A stretch of DNA of 64,000 nt from Hyaloraphidium curvatum SAG 235-1. Lineage: Eukaryota; Fungi; Monoblepharomycota. Location of the stretch: positions 124,001-188,000 of the forward strand of contig JAIVFI010000037.1 of assembly GCA_025558095.1 (NCBI GenBank), read 5' to 3'. The position numbers and the translations under genes are program-made. The notes under the pieces are model-generated. The model did not search any database and was not told the DNA's origin. It saw only the letters and a program-made list of their open reading frames with translations. Positions within the stretch are counted from its first letter, which is position 1, and each line of letters opens with the position of its first letter. Below, piece by piece: positions 11,335 through 22,083 of this stretch.

Positions 11335-12918
11335 ATGGAGGGCGGAAGCACCGCCGTGGAACTTTCCGGATCCTCGGACTTTGCCGCACCGGCATCCTTC
11401 TTCACGGGGCGCGAATGGCGCGCCCTCTTCCCCTCGGGCGTCCGGCCGCTCGCAAACGCCGTGGACGATGCCGAGAAAGGAGATATCGACGCGCCGGAGG
11501 GGCTGCCGGAAAGAGAACCGTTGACGCGCGAGGCGCTGCTCTCGGAACTGGGCGATACCGCGGCCGGGTTTCTCGTCCGGCTGCAGTTCCGCCTGCAGCC
11601 CATCACCATCGCAATCGGCATTCGACACACGCTCTTTAGCATCCTGTGGCTGACGGCGTCCAACCTCATGTGGCTCTGGAACGACGGCCGCTTCGGGCAA
11701 CAGCAAATGACAGCCTCCACCATTTCGACGGTCCTGAGCGTGTTGCTTACCGCCATATTGCCGCTCAGCACCGTGTACCGGTCGAGTTTTGGCTACAAAG
11801 CGGCCTCGGCCGGCCGCGTTCCCCCGCCAGCATCCCGTCAGCCGGCAACGGGTGGCAACGCAGACGAATCGGGCCACGCATTCGCCGGCATCGCTAGGTT
11901 CCGCGAACTTGTCCGGGCGGAAGGGGGTGAATCGTCACTGCTCAAACACAATGCGAACGATCCGTTATGCCCCTGCCCGCTCGCGAGCTGTGCTGGAGCA
12001 ACGTTGGCAAGAGCTGGGCACTTGCGCGCGCTTGATTCTGCTTTTCGTATCTGCTTCCTCATGGTTTACTCCGTGGTCACCGTATGGACGAGCCTGGTCA
12101 CGTTCGGACCCCAGTGTTGGAGCACTTGGTACGCTGCCGCGTTGGCAGCTCTGTACCTCGTCAGCGCTTTCGTCTGCCACTGGCCCAATCTTTTTGGACG
12201 GACTCCCGCCAACATCGCCACGCTCGGTTTAAGTTTGAGATTGCACCAACGGGCCATGACCCTCGTTCTCAGGTCGATGCTGCGCCGGTACTCGGAACTG
12301 CTCCCGGATCGTCGTTCCCCAACCGCGAATGACCCTTCGACACCGTGGGGTCCTGCCGCGAGGCCCCGCGACGAACCTTATCTGACGCTCCATGCCGCGC
12401 TGGCGGCGACGTGGCGTGACCGGCTACCTTTTCTAGCTTCCGGCACAACACTGAGCCTCGCGTTCTTCGGCGTGTTTGCGGTCCAGCTGGTCATCAACGC
12501 AGCCGCGGGAGGCTGCGTCACCGCCAATGCGCTCTTTCCAGTCGTCTACCTCCTGTACATTTTCACCATCGACGTCGTGACCCTGGCCGCCGCCAATGCG
12601 CAAGTATCCACCCTTACCGAGAAGGTCCTGGACGCCGCGAAAGCGGCCCGGACATTCCTCGCGCGCGCCGAGGCGGAGGGGATGCTGGCCGATCCTGCGG
12701 CTTCCGCCGCGGCACGGGGCCTGGCCAACCACGCCGAGCTGCTCGTGCTGTGCGCCGACAGCGGGAGGTTCAAGGGGCGGTTGTTCGGGTTCGCGGTGGA
12801 CGCGGGCGTGGCGCGCAGCCTCTTCGTCACTGCCTTCACTGTGGGGATCGGGTTCGTCTCGCTGCTCAAGGCCGCAGGGCTCTTCTTCACCATGGACGCG
12901 GTCTGTCCTACGCTTTGA
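11335..12918 (+). CDS. Seven-TM membrane protein, gustatory receptor-like (7TMIC) candidate; paralog of 39128..40612
   Basis: Intronless; no signal peptide; 7 hydrophobic segments; EWRALFP, DPLCPC and GRLFGFAVDAGVARSLFVTAFT...CP motifs shared with the paralog. Confidence 0.6.
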   Translation: MEGGSTAVELSGSSDFAAPASFFTGREWRALFPSGVRPLANAVDDAEKGDIDAPEGLPEREPLTREALLSELGDTAAGFLVRLQFRLQPITIAIGIRHTLFSILWLTASNLMWLWNDGRFGQQQMTASTISTVLSVLLTAILPLSTVYRSSFGYKAASAGRVPPPASRQPATGGNADESGHAFAGIARFRELVRAEGGESSLLKHNANDPLCPCPLASCAGATLARAGHLRALDSAFRICFLMVYSVVTVWTSLVTFGPQCWSTWYAAALAALYLVSAFVCHWPNLFGRTPANIATLGLSLRLHQRAMTLVLRSMLRRYSELLPDRRSPTANDPSTPWGPAARPRDEPYLTLHAALAATWRDRLPFLASGTTLSLAFFGVFAVQLVINAAAGGCVTANALFPVVYLLYIFTIDVVTLAAANAQVSTLTEKVLDAAKAARTFLARAEAEGMLADPAASAAARGLANHAELLVLCADSGRFKGRLFGFAVDAGVARSLFVTAFTVGIGFVSLLKAAGLFFTMDAVCPTL

Positions 12919-13092
12919 ATCACGAGGAGAATCTACGGATGCGCGAGGGACGGCGGATGGGAATGGAGAATAATGAAGTGAAGTGTATCTACTGAGGTCG
13001 ATAATGCTCTGCGATGTGTGATGTGTCCCGCCCCCTGGCTGGCTCAAAATCTTACCCAAACGCGATGGAGCTGCCGCCGCCGGGGGGCCTCA

Positions 13093-14267
13093 TCACTGAA
13101 AGCAACGCCGGTTAGCTCCATCCAGCCCCGAATGCATCTCAAGCGTACCCTTGGTGCTGGGCTTGCTGCCGATGACGCTCGGTCCCGTGCGGGTCTGCTC
13201 CTCCATGTAGCCCGACGACTGGCGCGAGAACGAGTCGGTTGAGTTCTGCGCGGACACGGGCATCGGCATCCTGAAGAGCATGTCAGACCGGAGGAACAAC
13301 CAGGCCTCGGTCGAACACCAACTTGGGCTGGGCCGTGGGAATGGCAGGAAGCTCCTCGAACTCGTCGTAGGAAATCTTGGGCATGGGCTTGCCGCCCATG
13401 GGGCTCACCGCGACCGGCATCGGCATCGGCATGGGCTTGGGCATGGCAGCGGGAGCAGCCTGAACGGGCGCGGCGACGGGGGCGGGGGCGGCCACGGGTG
13501 CGGGCGCCGCGACGAAGGCCGACGCGCTCTGCATGGCCACGACCTCCGCAGCCTGCAGCTGGATGCCGGGGGCTCCGATCTCGACGAGGGCCTCGGCAAC
13601 GTTGGTCGCGGGCTGCACGGGAATCATGACCTCCTTGCCAGCCACGCGGATGTTGCCGGGGAGGATGCCGAGCTGGCGCAGGACCGAGGCCGTGTCCCAC
13701 CAGATGGTCTTGTGGCGGCACTTGCCGGTGACGGGGTCGAAGGTGGCGCGGGTCATCTGTTTTCGGCAGCGCGACAAAGCGGAACGCAGATCAGCAAACT
13801 GAGGAAGTGCTGCCGACGACCGCTCGCGTTCTCCCACCATCGGCACGACGACCTCACGGCCAGTCTCCTTGACGCCGGGGAGGAACCACTCGATGCGAGC
13901 CTGGTGGAAAATCTGGCGTTGGGGTCACGGATCAGCACGTGCTTCTTGTTCGGCAAAGCGAGCTCGCCGACCTTCATGCGGGACTCTTCCACGGCCTGTG
14001 ACGACGAAAAGAACATGAGCACCGAGCACCTAACACCAGAAACAAAAGGAATCCCACAGTGTCGCCCGCCAGCACGGTCCACGTCGCCACGTTCTCCAGG
14101 ACCTCGTAGAAGCGCTCCCTCAGTTGCCCGTAGAGCTGCTCGACCTGGCCGTGGCCCCGGTACACGGCGACGGGTGTAACGACGACGCAGTCGGGCGTGA
14201 AAGCGTTGGGCACGTTCGAGGGAGGCGCACCCATGAGGCGCTTGTGGGCCGTCCAGAACTGCTCCAT
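13093..14267 (-). CDS. SnoaL/NTF2-like domain protein with Pro/Ala-rich tail (multi-exon; true start may be upstream)
   Basis: Spliced read AVEESRMK|IFHQARIEWFLPGVKETGREVVVPM|MTRATFD..HKTIWWDTASVLRQLGILP matches the WxLPG..TG..V.VP...WDxASVL.QLG motif. Confidence 0.75.
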
Positions 14268-14703
14268 GTTCTGTCGCGGCGAGCCGGCGGGAACAAGGCG
14301 TGCGCGATTCCAGTGAGACCCAAGGCGACCGATGGTGTACAACAATGTTCGGCGGCCCGAGTTTGCGGGTCAGCGGCACACAATTGGCAGGCGGCGACGT
14401 TGGAAGCCGTGCGGCGGTCCGGCAACGGGGGACCCGGTTGCGTGTGGAAGCGCGCCAGTCGGTTGTCCAGGCGCGGTCAGCGCGCGCGCTCAGAAGTAGA
14501 GAGAGCCGCCAATGCCTACCGAGGACGCCGTGGAGGAAAGCATGGGCACGGGAGGTCTTCGAATTCAGAGGTGTCGAATCGACGGTTGTCCACCGCGCGA
14601 ATCAAACGGATCAGCTCTGCAATCACATCGTGCTTTCAGGGGAGACAAAGCTACAATAAAAGGCATAGAAATGTCGATTATCTACCAAGTTCGATTGAAG
14701 CCG

Positions 14704-15600
14704 CTACGGCGCGGAGCCGGCCGCTGCGCCGTTCACGAGATGCTCGCCCAAGAAGCTCCGAACGTGACCGAGGTACTCGCCAAACTTCTCCCGGCGGATC
14801 TGATGGCCCGTCCCATTAATGCGCTTGAATGCAGTCATTGGCCTGGCCTCGAGGAGGTCGCGCTCGCCCTCGGCGGTTATGATCGCTCCCAGCGAAGGCT
14901 CTCCCGTGATCACGAGAAGCGGGCAGTCGATTTGCCGTGCCTCCGAAAGCCAGTCCCGGTCGAACGAGATCATAACTTCGAGGGAAGCTAAGTTCAGCGC
15001 TTCCTTCGAGTCCGACCACAGCAGGTAATCTTCCTCGGACCAGCCGGGCGTGATCCTCCGCTTCTCCTCGAGCCGGGCATCGATGTCCTGTGCCCTGATC
15101 CGCAACAAATCGTCGCCCCATTCGGTGCGCACCCTCATGAGGTCCTTTCTCGAGCTGACCCTTCGCTTTCCGAACACGGGGTCCTCGAGGATCACGGCCG
15201 AGAAACGGCCCGGGTTCAAGGCCGCCGCCAGGGTCGACGTCGATCCGCCAAAGCTGTGCCCAATGAGCACCGGCTTGTCCAGCTTTAGCGCCTCAACCAG
15301 CGCCACCAGGTCAGCTGCAGCCTGTTCCAGCGTGTACCCCGACGGCGACCCTTCCGAATCGCCGTGCCCTCGCGAATCGTACAGGACGACGTCGTAATCC
15401 CGCGCCAGATCGCGCGCCAAGGCCGCCCAATACATCGCATGGTCGGTCAGTCCGTGAACGAGGACGATCGGATGGCCCGATCCCCCGGAGCGGTGGTAGC
15501 GCAGGCGGACCCCGTTGACGGTCGCGTTGCCGGCGGTCCACCCTTCCAGAACGTTCCGCGGCGGCCGGCGTACAGCGGCGTGCTCCAAACTGCCCGGCAT
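14704..15600 (-). CDS. Alpha/beta hydrolase (Abhydrolase_1), intronless, bacterial-like
   Basis: IVLVHGLTD, DSRGHGDS, GHSFGG, ILEDP, GTGHQIRRE. Confidence 0.9.
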   Translation of the reverse strand: MPGSLEHAAVRRPPRNVLEGWTAGNATVNGVRLRYHRSGGSGHPIVLVHGLTDHAMYWAALARDLARDYDVVLYDSRGHGDSEGSPSGYTLEQAAADLVALVEALKLDKPVLIGHSFGGSTSTLAAALNPGRFSAVILEDPVFGKRRVSSRKDLMRVRTEWGDDLLRIRAQDIDARLEEKRRITPGWSEEDYLLWSDSKEALNLASLEVMISFDRDWLSEARQIDCPLLVITGEPSLGAIITAEGERDLLEARPMTAFKRINGTGHQIRREKFGEYLGHVRSFLGEHLVNGAAAGSAP

Positions 15601-15710
15601 TCCGGCAGAGGTCGGTTCGAAGGGCCGTGGTTCTGCCGCGCCGCCGAGCGTCGCGCGCCGCCGCGCGTCACCTCCGACCTCGCGTGGACCCCGCGTCGCT
15701 GATTGCCGTA

Positions 15711-16373
15711 ATGGCGTCGACGCCGCTCGCCGAATTGGAGACCGTCGCTGACGGAAATGGCACTTCCGGGCTCCCGGCGTCCTCGGAACCTCTGTCAACC
15801 GCGCCGTTGCGGAATCGCTCCCCTCGACCCAAGGGTCCTCGCCCAATCTCGTCGTCTGGCCTGTCTGCCACCGATGGATCGCTGCCTGGGACACCGACGA
15901 GCCATGAGGAAACGCCTCAATCTGCTCCGGCGTCGGCTCATCCGGAGTCGCCGGGGAGCTCCGAGACCCTGGCGAGTCTGTATGACTACTACATCTCGCA
16001 AGACTCCACGGTCGCCGGGGAATCCGTGCCGCCGCCGAGGCTAGCGTCCAAGGAGGATTCGGAGAAGCTGCAACCTTCGTTGATGCCGGGCGGGGGAATC
16101 ATGGTCGTTGATCCGCCCCGGCGGACGGCGTCGCGGAACGCGGAGCGGGAGGCGCCCTTGCCGGAGGCTCCGCCGCCCCGAATCTCGTCGAAGCAACACC
16201 TTCCCGGCCTGGAGGACCACCTGCCGGCCCCCGAGGACCTTCCCGGGCCGGAGGATCCTCAGCTGGCCCCAAGGACCCTGCTGCTCCGACGAAGACTGCC
16301 GCGGCAGCGCCCTCGGAGCTTGAGCCGCACCCTTCCGTGGCTTCCGAGTACCCAGAGCTCGAAGCCGAGGTAA
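15711..16373 (+). CDS. Hypothetical Pro/Ser-rich disordered protein, possibly a gene fragment
   Basis: Coding-like 220-codon ORF (ASLYDYY, PPRRTAS, PPPRISSK); no recognisable domain. Confidence 0.4.
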   Translation: MASTPLAELETVADGNGTSGLPASSEPLSTAPLRNRSPRPKGPRPISSSGLSATDGSLPGTPTSHEETPQSAPASAHPESPGSSETLASLYDYYISQDSTVAGESVPPPRLASKEDSEKLQPSLMPGGGIMVVDPPRRTASRNAEREAPLPEAPPPRISSKQHLPGLEDHLPAPEDLPGPEDPQLAPRTLLLRRRLPRQRPRSLSRTLPWLPSTQSSKPR

Positions 16374-16426
16374 ATCCATGGACCACCTGAGCCCAATATC
16401 TATCTCGAGCTACCTAATCCTATTGT

Positions 16427-18114
16427 CTACCCGCGCCAAACGTTGGAGCCCGAGTCGAGGCCGAGCCACTTCGAGAAGGAGAACACGCCTCCCTTGGGCT
16501 GGACCGGGCCCTTGGGAACCGCGATGGACAGCCCGCCGGCGTACGCTCCGAGCGCCCGCTCCGCCGCCGCGTTCTCCTTGGCCAACCTCTCGGCGGCGTC
16601 GGCCTTGGTCTCGCTCGCGGCCTCCTTGAGCGCCTTCTGCGCCTCGGGGATGACGGTGCCGTCGGCGTTGAGCGTCGGCCCGCCGTGCGCGTCCTTGCCC
16701 TTCTTGATCTCGAGGTTGTGGATGTGGATGAAGGGCTTCTCCTTGTACTCGAGGCCGACGGGCTTCCTGAGCTCGAAGGCGACGGGGAGGTGGCGAACGT
16801 CGCTGAGGCCCAGCATCGTGAGCCCGACGTAGTCGTCCTTGGGCGAGCCGGGGTCCTTGTCGAGGACCTCGATCAGGAACCGCTTGCTGGTGCTGCCGTC
16901 GGCGAGCTTCTGGAAGTTGAGCGCGAAGGGCTCGTAGTCGGGGGATTGGTTTTTCCAGATGGGCTCGGTGACGTACTGCGGATCGCAGCATGGATGTCAG
17001 CTGATTGGCTGCGTGACACTCGATCGCTTTCCCACCATCTGCGTCCACGAATCGGACCCCTCCTTCTTGCGCGAGATGCGGATGTACGGGTCGATGGTGC
17101 CCACGACGTCCATCACGGGCAGGTTGCGCAGCGAGATCTTGAACTCGACGACGTCGTCCTCGGCGGTGAATCCGCCCGCTCCGGCCAAGTTTAGTTCGTA
17201 GGTGGTGTACTCCCGGCCGGTCTCGTCCTTGTGGGGCTCGGCGGCCTGGGTGGCAGCGTGCTCGATCTTGGCGCTGGCATCCGCGGTCCCGGTGGCAACA
17301 GAATTGGCTGGAAGTTTCGATCAGCACGAGGCGAGAGGGAACCGAGGAGGAATCTCACTGGCGTCGGCAACGGCATCAGCCGCCTTGTTCGCACCCTCGG
17401 TGGCAGCCGAGACGGCGCCGTTGGCTGGAAGAAGCAAGACGTCAGCCTCGGCCCGTGTAAGCTTTGATCGGCGGACTTACCGGCCTCGACGGTGGCGTCC
17501 GCGGTCTTGTTGACTTCACACGAGCAGGTCAGCGCCCCGACGAGATCGGACCGCGGAAGACACCCACCGGCACCCGCCACCTCGTCCACCGCCTTGTTCA
17601 CGCCCTCGGTTGCGGACGAGACGGCGCCGTTCACGCCCTCGGTGGCCGAGGAGACGACGCCGTTCGCTGGACGGGAGGAGTGAGGTATGTCAGCAACCCC
17701 AAGCCCATCCGTTTCCGGGGGGCGACCGACGTACCGGCATCGGTCACCTCGCCCGCCGCCTTGTTTAGCCCGTCGGCGGCCGACGAAACGGCGGAGTTTG
17801 CTGACCACCGGGCGAGCCGAGATCAGCACTTGGCCGGCTAGCCCCGGACCGATCCGAGCTCACCCGAATCGGCAACCTTGCCCACGGCATCACCGGCGGA
17901 CTCGATCGCGCCGTTGGCTGCGGGAGGGCGTCGTCAGATGGAACGGTCGAGGCGGGATCGGGGGCATAGTACGGCACCGGCGTCGACGGCGGTTCCCGCG
18001 GTCTTGTTGGCGACGTCGGCCGCGTTCGAGAGGGCTGAGTTGACTTTGGGAAGGTTAGAAGGCAGCCCACAATGGAGGCGTCGAGGACCCACCGGCCTCG
18101 GTGGCGCTCGACAT
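16427..18114 (-). CDS. 11-mer amphipathic repeat region (micro-exon array) fused to a copine-like C2 domain
   Basis: Exons 18114-18093, 18043-17978, 17917-17864, 17800-17735, 17666-17568, 17513-17481, 17424-17359, then from 17307. C2 motifs RNLPVMDVVGTIDPYIRI|YVTEPIWKNQSP, IEVLDKD..DDYVG. Confidence 0.8.
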
Positions 18115-18881
18115 CTTTGCTGATCCTGTCAAGGGGGAACGTCAGGGATCGGGGGGTCAGAACATCGTGGACGGCGTCGTGCGCCCCGGAAAAGGTCAGG
18201 AAGCCCGTTCCCGGGCAGCCGCCGTCCCATCGCAGCGTCCCTGTCGCGAGAACCGGGCGCCCTTGCCCTTGCCATTTGTCATTGCGCGGTCCGGTCCGCC
18301 ACGCGCAATTCCCGCTCCCGCCGCGCCGCGGTTCCCGGAGTCCTCGCCTAACACGACGTGCACGAGCCTTACGGACCTTTGCGCGGGTCGGCGAGGAGCG
18401 AACGCGGCGGTGGAGCTGATGGGCGGGTTTGCGAAGAGCGAGACCGGCGTTGCGGAGGTTCCCCAGCCCGGCCCCGGCGCACGTGGACTCCGGCAGGGTC
18501 TGGCCTTCCCAAGCAGCACACATATCCAGAGTCGGCAGACGTGACTAGATATAGAAGAAACATCATGCTAATTCGTCGTTCGGTCTTCCGCGGACGACGT
18601 GAGGCGGACTGCTTCCCCGTCTTGGGTTCACCACGAAGCCCTTGGTTGCATTCTAGTCGTCGCAGCAGTCCGGGATATTGATTGCAAAATTTGCATCATG
18701 CAATTTAATCATCAGCGGCGCTTGGATGGGCGCCCCTCCGGTGCGTGCGTGCGGAGAAACCGGATCGGTTGGTTTGCTGGGCCGGGCCGTCACTTGCGCG
18801 TGCATCAGGGGGCCCTCGGGACCCGGCCAGCCCCGCCGCCGCCGTCCATGCCTGCGGTCCGCCCGGCGCGAGCAGCCCACG

Positions 18882-21800
18882 ATGTTCTCGCTGCGGTCGC
18901 CTGCGGAGCTGCTGCGCGAAGCCGGGTGCCGGCCGCACCACCCCGTGATGATCGTGCCGGGCTTCATGTCGTCGGGGCTCGTGTGCCGCGACTCGCGCGT
19001 GCCCAAGTGGCGCGGCAGGCGGCTGTGGCTCGACGTCGCGAAGATCGTGCTCGCCGCCGAGGAGGCTCTGGCCGACCTCGCGGACTCCGCGCCGGTGCCG
19101 CTGGACGCGTCGGCGCCGAGCGAGCTGGAGCCAAACAGCGTGCTGCCGCCGCGCAGCTCGAGCCTGCGACAGCGCGCCGTTGAGCCCGACGGGGAGCCCG
19201 GGAGCCCCGCCAGCCCCGCAGCCCCGAATCCTGCCACGCCGGCGGCCGCTCCGGCCGAGACGATTCCGCGGGCCCGGGCCTTCCTGGCACATCTCGGCCT
19301 GCAGCACCCGTCGCTGCGGGCACACCCGCCCGGGATCCGCGTGGGGCCGCTCGAGGGCACCCAGGGCGTGGACTTCCTCAGCACGACGACCTTCGTGGCC
19401 GGCTCGACCTATGTCTTTGGTCCGCTCCTGGAATCTTTCCGTGCCGTGGGCTACATCGACGGCGTGAACCTCGACGCCTGGCCCTACGATTGGAGGCTCT
19501 ATCCCGGCGACATCGAGTGCGCTTCGACCACGAAGCCGCCGGATTCATGGTTCAACTCGCTCATCGAGCGGCTCGAGGAAATGCAGAAGGACAGCGGCGG
19601 CCGCAAGGCCGTGATCCTCGCGCACAGCATGGGCTGCCGCCTCGTCCACTACCTCTCGCTGTGGGCCGAGTCGAACGGCCTCGCCGCCCGGCTGGACGCC
19701 TGCGTCGACAAGGTGATCGCCATGGGCGGCCCCTTCCTCGGCGCCTCCAAGGGCATCCGTTCCGTCGCGACCGGGGACTCGATGGGCCTGCCCTTCCTGA
19801 CGGACGACGAGCAGGTCTGGCTCGCGCGGCACCTCGCCTCCCCGCCCTTCCTCTTCCCCTCCCTCCCCTCGGCCTGGTCCCACCTCGCCCCGCACCTCTT
19901 CCCCGCGGACGCCGGCGACGAAGGCGCCTACTGCCTCCTCAAGCTCGAAGCCCACGTCGAGGTCCGCATCGCCTGGGTGGACCTGGACGCCCCCGCCGAG
20001 CCGGACCCCAAGGCGGGGCCGGACGTGCTCACGATCGAGCTCACCTGGCGCGGCAAGCCGCTGCGCTCGCTCCCGGCCGCCGCGGTGTACCCGCCCGCCG
20101 CGGGCACGCGCCTCACGTGGCCGGCGCCGCAGGAGTTCCAGCTCGCTGCGGGGGCGGCGGACAGGATAGCGGGCGACGGGGTGCTCCGCGTTGCGGTGTA
20201 CTCGGCCAAGCGCGGGCTGCTGGGCGAGGGCACGGTGGACCTGGGGTCGATGGATCCGCTGCCAAAGGACGGGGAGCTGGTGACGCCCGCAGAGAGGATC
20301 GCGCTGCTGGACCTGCAGGCGGGCATGACGCAGGCGCAGCGGGACGCCGCGGAGGTGGAGCGGCGGCGCAAGGAGGCGGCCAAGAGGAAGGAGAGGGAGG
20401 CGCAGGCGGCGGAAAAGGCCGAGAGGGACCAGAAGAAGAGGGTTGAGGAGGCGGCCAAGAAGCGGGCCAAGTTTGCCGAGTGGGAGGTCAAGGAGAAGGA
20501 GAAAGTGAGAGACACGCTGGCAAAGGAGGCCGAGGCGCGTGCATGGCGGCTGCAGCAGGCGAGGGAGAGGATACCCCGCCGCCGGGCCGAGGACGAGGAG
20601 CGCCTGGCCAGGGAGCTCGAGCAGATGGCGAGCAAGCACAAGCTGGAGCTCTCGCTGTGCGAGACGGACCTTGCGCGCGCGAAGCTGCTCAGGAAGCAGT
20701 CGGAAGTGATGGGCAAGTGGGAGCGCGCGGCCGCCAAGTCGCGCGAAAAGTGGGACAGGAGGGACGCGGCCGATCTCGCCAAGGCGGAGAAGCACAAGGT
20801 GGACGAGGACCTCAAGGCGGCGCAGCGGGGAGCGGCCCTGTGGCTGGCGCTGGACAGGAAGAAGGGAGACTACCGGGCCAAGCTCGAGAAGGAGCTGGAA
20901 CAGCTGGGATTCACGGTCGAACGGCTCGCTTCGGAAAGTCTGCTGGTTCCGCCTGAGCTTCAGCACACCGAGAGCTTTGCGAGCGACGTGTCGGAGCTTC
21001 CTTCGAGCGCTCTTCCAGCAAAGGTCCGGGCACAGGACACGGACATCTCCGAGGCCGTCGAATCCGGTGCGAACAGCCCCGTGGCACTTCTCGTCACCAG
21101 GTCGGACATGTCGGACACTTTGTCCAGCGCACCTTCGGTGGTGCCGGACCTCGAGGCCACCGAAGGATCGCAATCTGACGCGACGCTGGCGTCGGATCGT
21201 GCGCTCCTGCTGGACGTGCCGCCGACAAAGGAGGAGCTGAGGCAGCGGGCGAGGGAAGCGGCCCCTGTGATTGGTTACGTCGGACTGAGCGCCACCTTCT
21301 ACCCGGCCGATTCTTCCGTGTATTCTGTCGCGTCGCCGTCGGAGCCCGGAGTGCGGTACGCGCCGACGACGACGGCGGAGGTGCTAGCCCTCGACGGGGC
21401 CCTGGCGGTCGTCAACCTCATCCGCGACGTGTACGATGCGGATCCGATCTTCGGCCCGGGAGGCAAGAACCTCGCGGCCCGCGTTCCGCGCGCGCTCCGG
21501 AGCTGGCACCTGGTCTACGGCACCGGGCGGCGCACCGAGATCGGCTTCGTCGTGCGGCGCCGGACAAAGAGGATCACCCCGGGCCCGGACGGCCAGCTGT
21601 GGAACAGGTTCAAGCTCGACGACAGGCCCTACGGGCACGTGGGCAACGGGATCGTCATCCAGGGCGGCATCGTCTACGAAACGGAGAACGTCACCCAGCC
21701 CGCCATCCTATCTCCCACGCCCGGCCAGGCCTTCCGGTCGTGCGGCGACGGGACGGTGGCATTGGTCTCGCTGCTGCACCCGCTCACGTGGCGCAGGCAC

Positions 21801-21980
21801 GGCCTCGAGGTGACCACGCACGAGCTTCCGGACGCCGAGCACAGGGCGATGCTCGGGGAGGAGAGGCTGCACAGGCACCTGATCGACATGACGTGCGTGT
21901 ACGAGGACGTGAAGGAGGTGAAGCTGTCGCAGCTGGAGCGGATGAGGGACCGCTTCAAGTCTTTGATGGGCAAGCATTAG
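18882..21980 (+). CDS. LCAT/PDAT-family acyltransferase with a large internal insertion (C2-like plus coiled coil)
   Basis: PVMIVPGFMSSGL, RLWLD, PYDWRL, AHSMG (Ser), GDGTV (Asp), AEHRAML (His). Start codon uncertain. Confidence 0.85.
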   Translation: MFSLRSPAELLREAGCRPHHPVMIVPGFMSSGLVCRDSRVPKWRGRRLWLDVAKIVLAAEEALADLADSAPVPLDASAPSELEPNSVLPPRSSSLRQRAVEPDGEPGSPASPAAPNPATPAAAPAETIPRARAFLAHLGLQHPSLRAHPPGIRVGPLEGTQGVDFLSTTTFVAGSTYVFGPLLESFRAVGYIDGVNLDAWPYDWRLYPGDIECASTTKPPDSWFNSLIERLEEMQKDSGGRKAVILAHSMGCRLVHYLSLWAESNGLAARLDACVDKVIAMGGPFLGASKGIRSVATGDSMGLPFLTDDEQVWLARHLASPPFLFPSLPSAWSHLAPHLFPADAGDEGAYCLLKLEAHVEVRIAWVDLDAPAEPDPKAGPDVLTIELTWRGKPLRSLPAAAVYPPAAGTRLTWPAPQEFQLAAGAADRIAGDGVLRVAVYSAKRGLLGEGTVDLGSMDPLPKDGELVTPAERIALLDLQAGMTQAQRDAAEVERRRKEAAKRKEREAQAAEKAERDQKKRVEEAAKKRAKFAEWEVKEKEKVRDTLAKEAEARAWRLQQARERIPRRRAEDEERLARELEQMASKHKLELSLCETDLARAKLLRKQSEVMGKWERAAAKSREKWDRRDAADLAKAEKHKVDEDLKAAQRGAALWLALDRKKGDYRAKLEKELEQLGFTVERLASESLLVPPELQHTESFASDVSELPSSALPAKVRAQDTDISEAVESGANSPVALLVTRSDMSDTLSSAPSVVPDLEATEGSQSDATLASDRALLLDVPPTKEELRQRAREAAPVIGYVGLSATFYPADSSVYSVASPSEPGVRYAPTTTAEVLALDGALAVVNLIRDVYDADPIFGPGGKNLAARVPRALRSWHLVYGTGRRTEIGFVVRRRTKRITPGPDGQLWNRFKLDDRPYGHVGNGIVIQGGIVYETENVTQPAILSPTPGQAFRSCGDGTVALVSLLHPLTWRRHGLEVTTHELPDAEHRAMLGEERLHRHLIDMTCVYEDVKEVKLSQLERMRDRFKSLMGKH

Positions 21981-22009
21981 CGTGGATGTGGAAGAACGTA
22001 CTAGTGGAG

Positions 22010-22083
22010 CACCTTTTGCCTGGAACAAACACTCGATCGACTCAATACATATGGTTAAGCAATTGGCAGCACCGGAGTTGGGA
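22010..22083 (+). repeat. Direct repeat, copy 1 (partner at 23591..23672)
   Basis: caccttttgcctggaacaaac(a/g)ctcgatcga(c/g)tcaatacata...taagcaattggc...accggagttggg present in both copies. Confidence 0.85.

Noticed and set aside
17359-18043. Regularly spaced repeats with unique spacers (CRISPR-like appearance)
   Set aside because: The repeats are exons and the spacers are GT-AG introns with branch sites; no cas genes are present.
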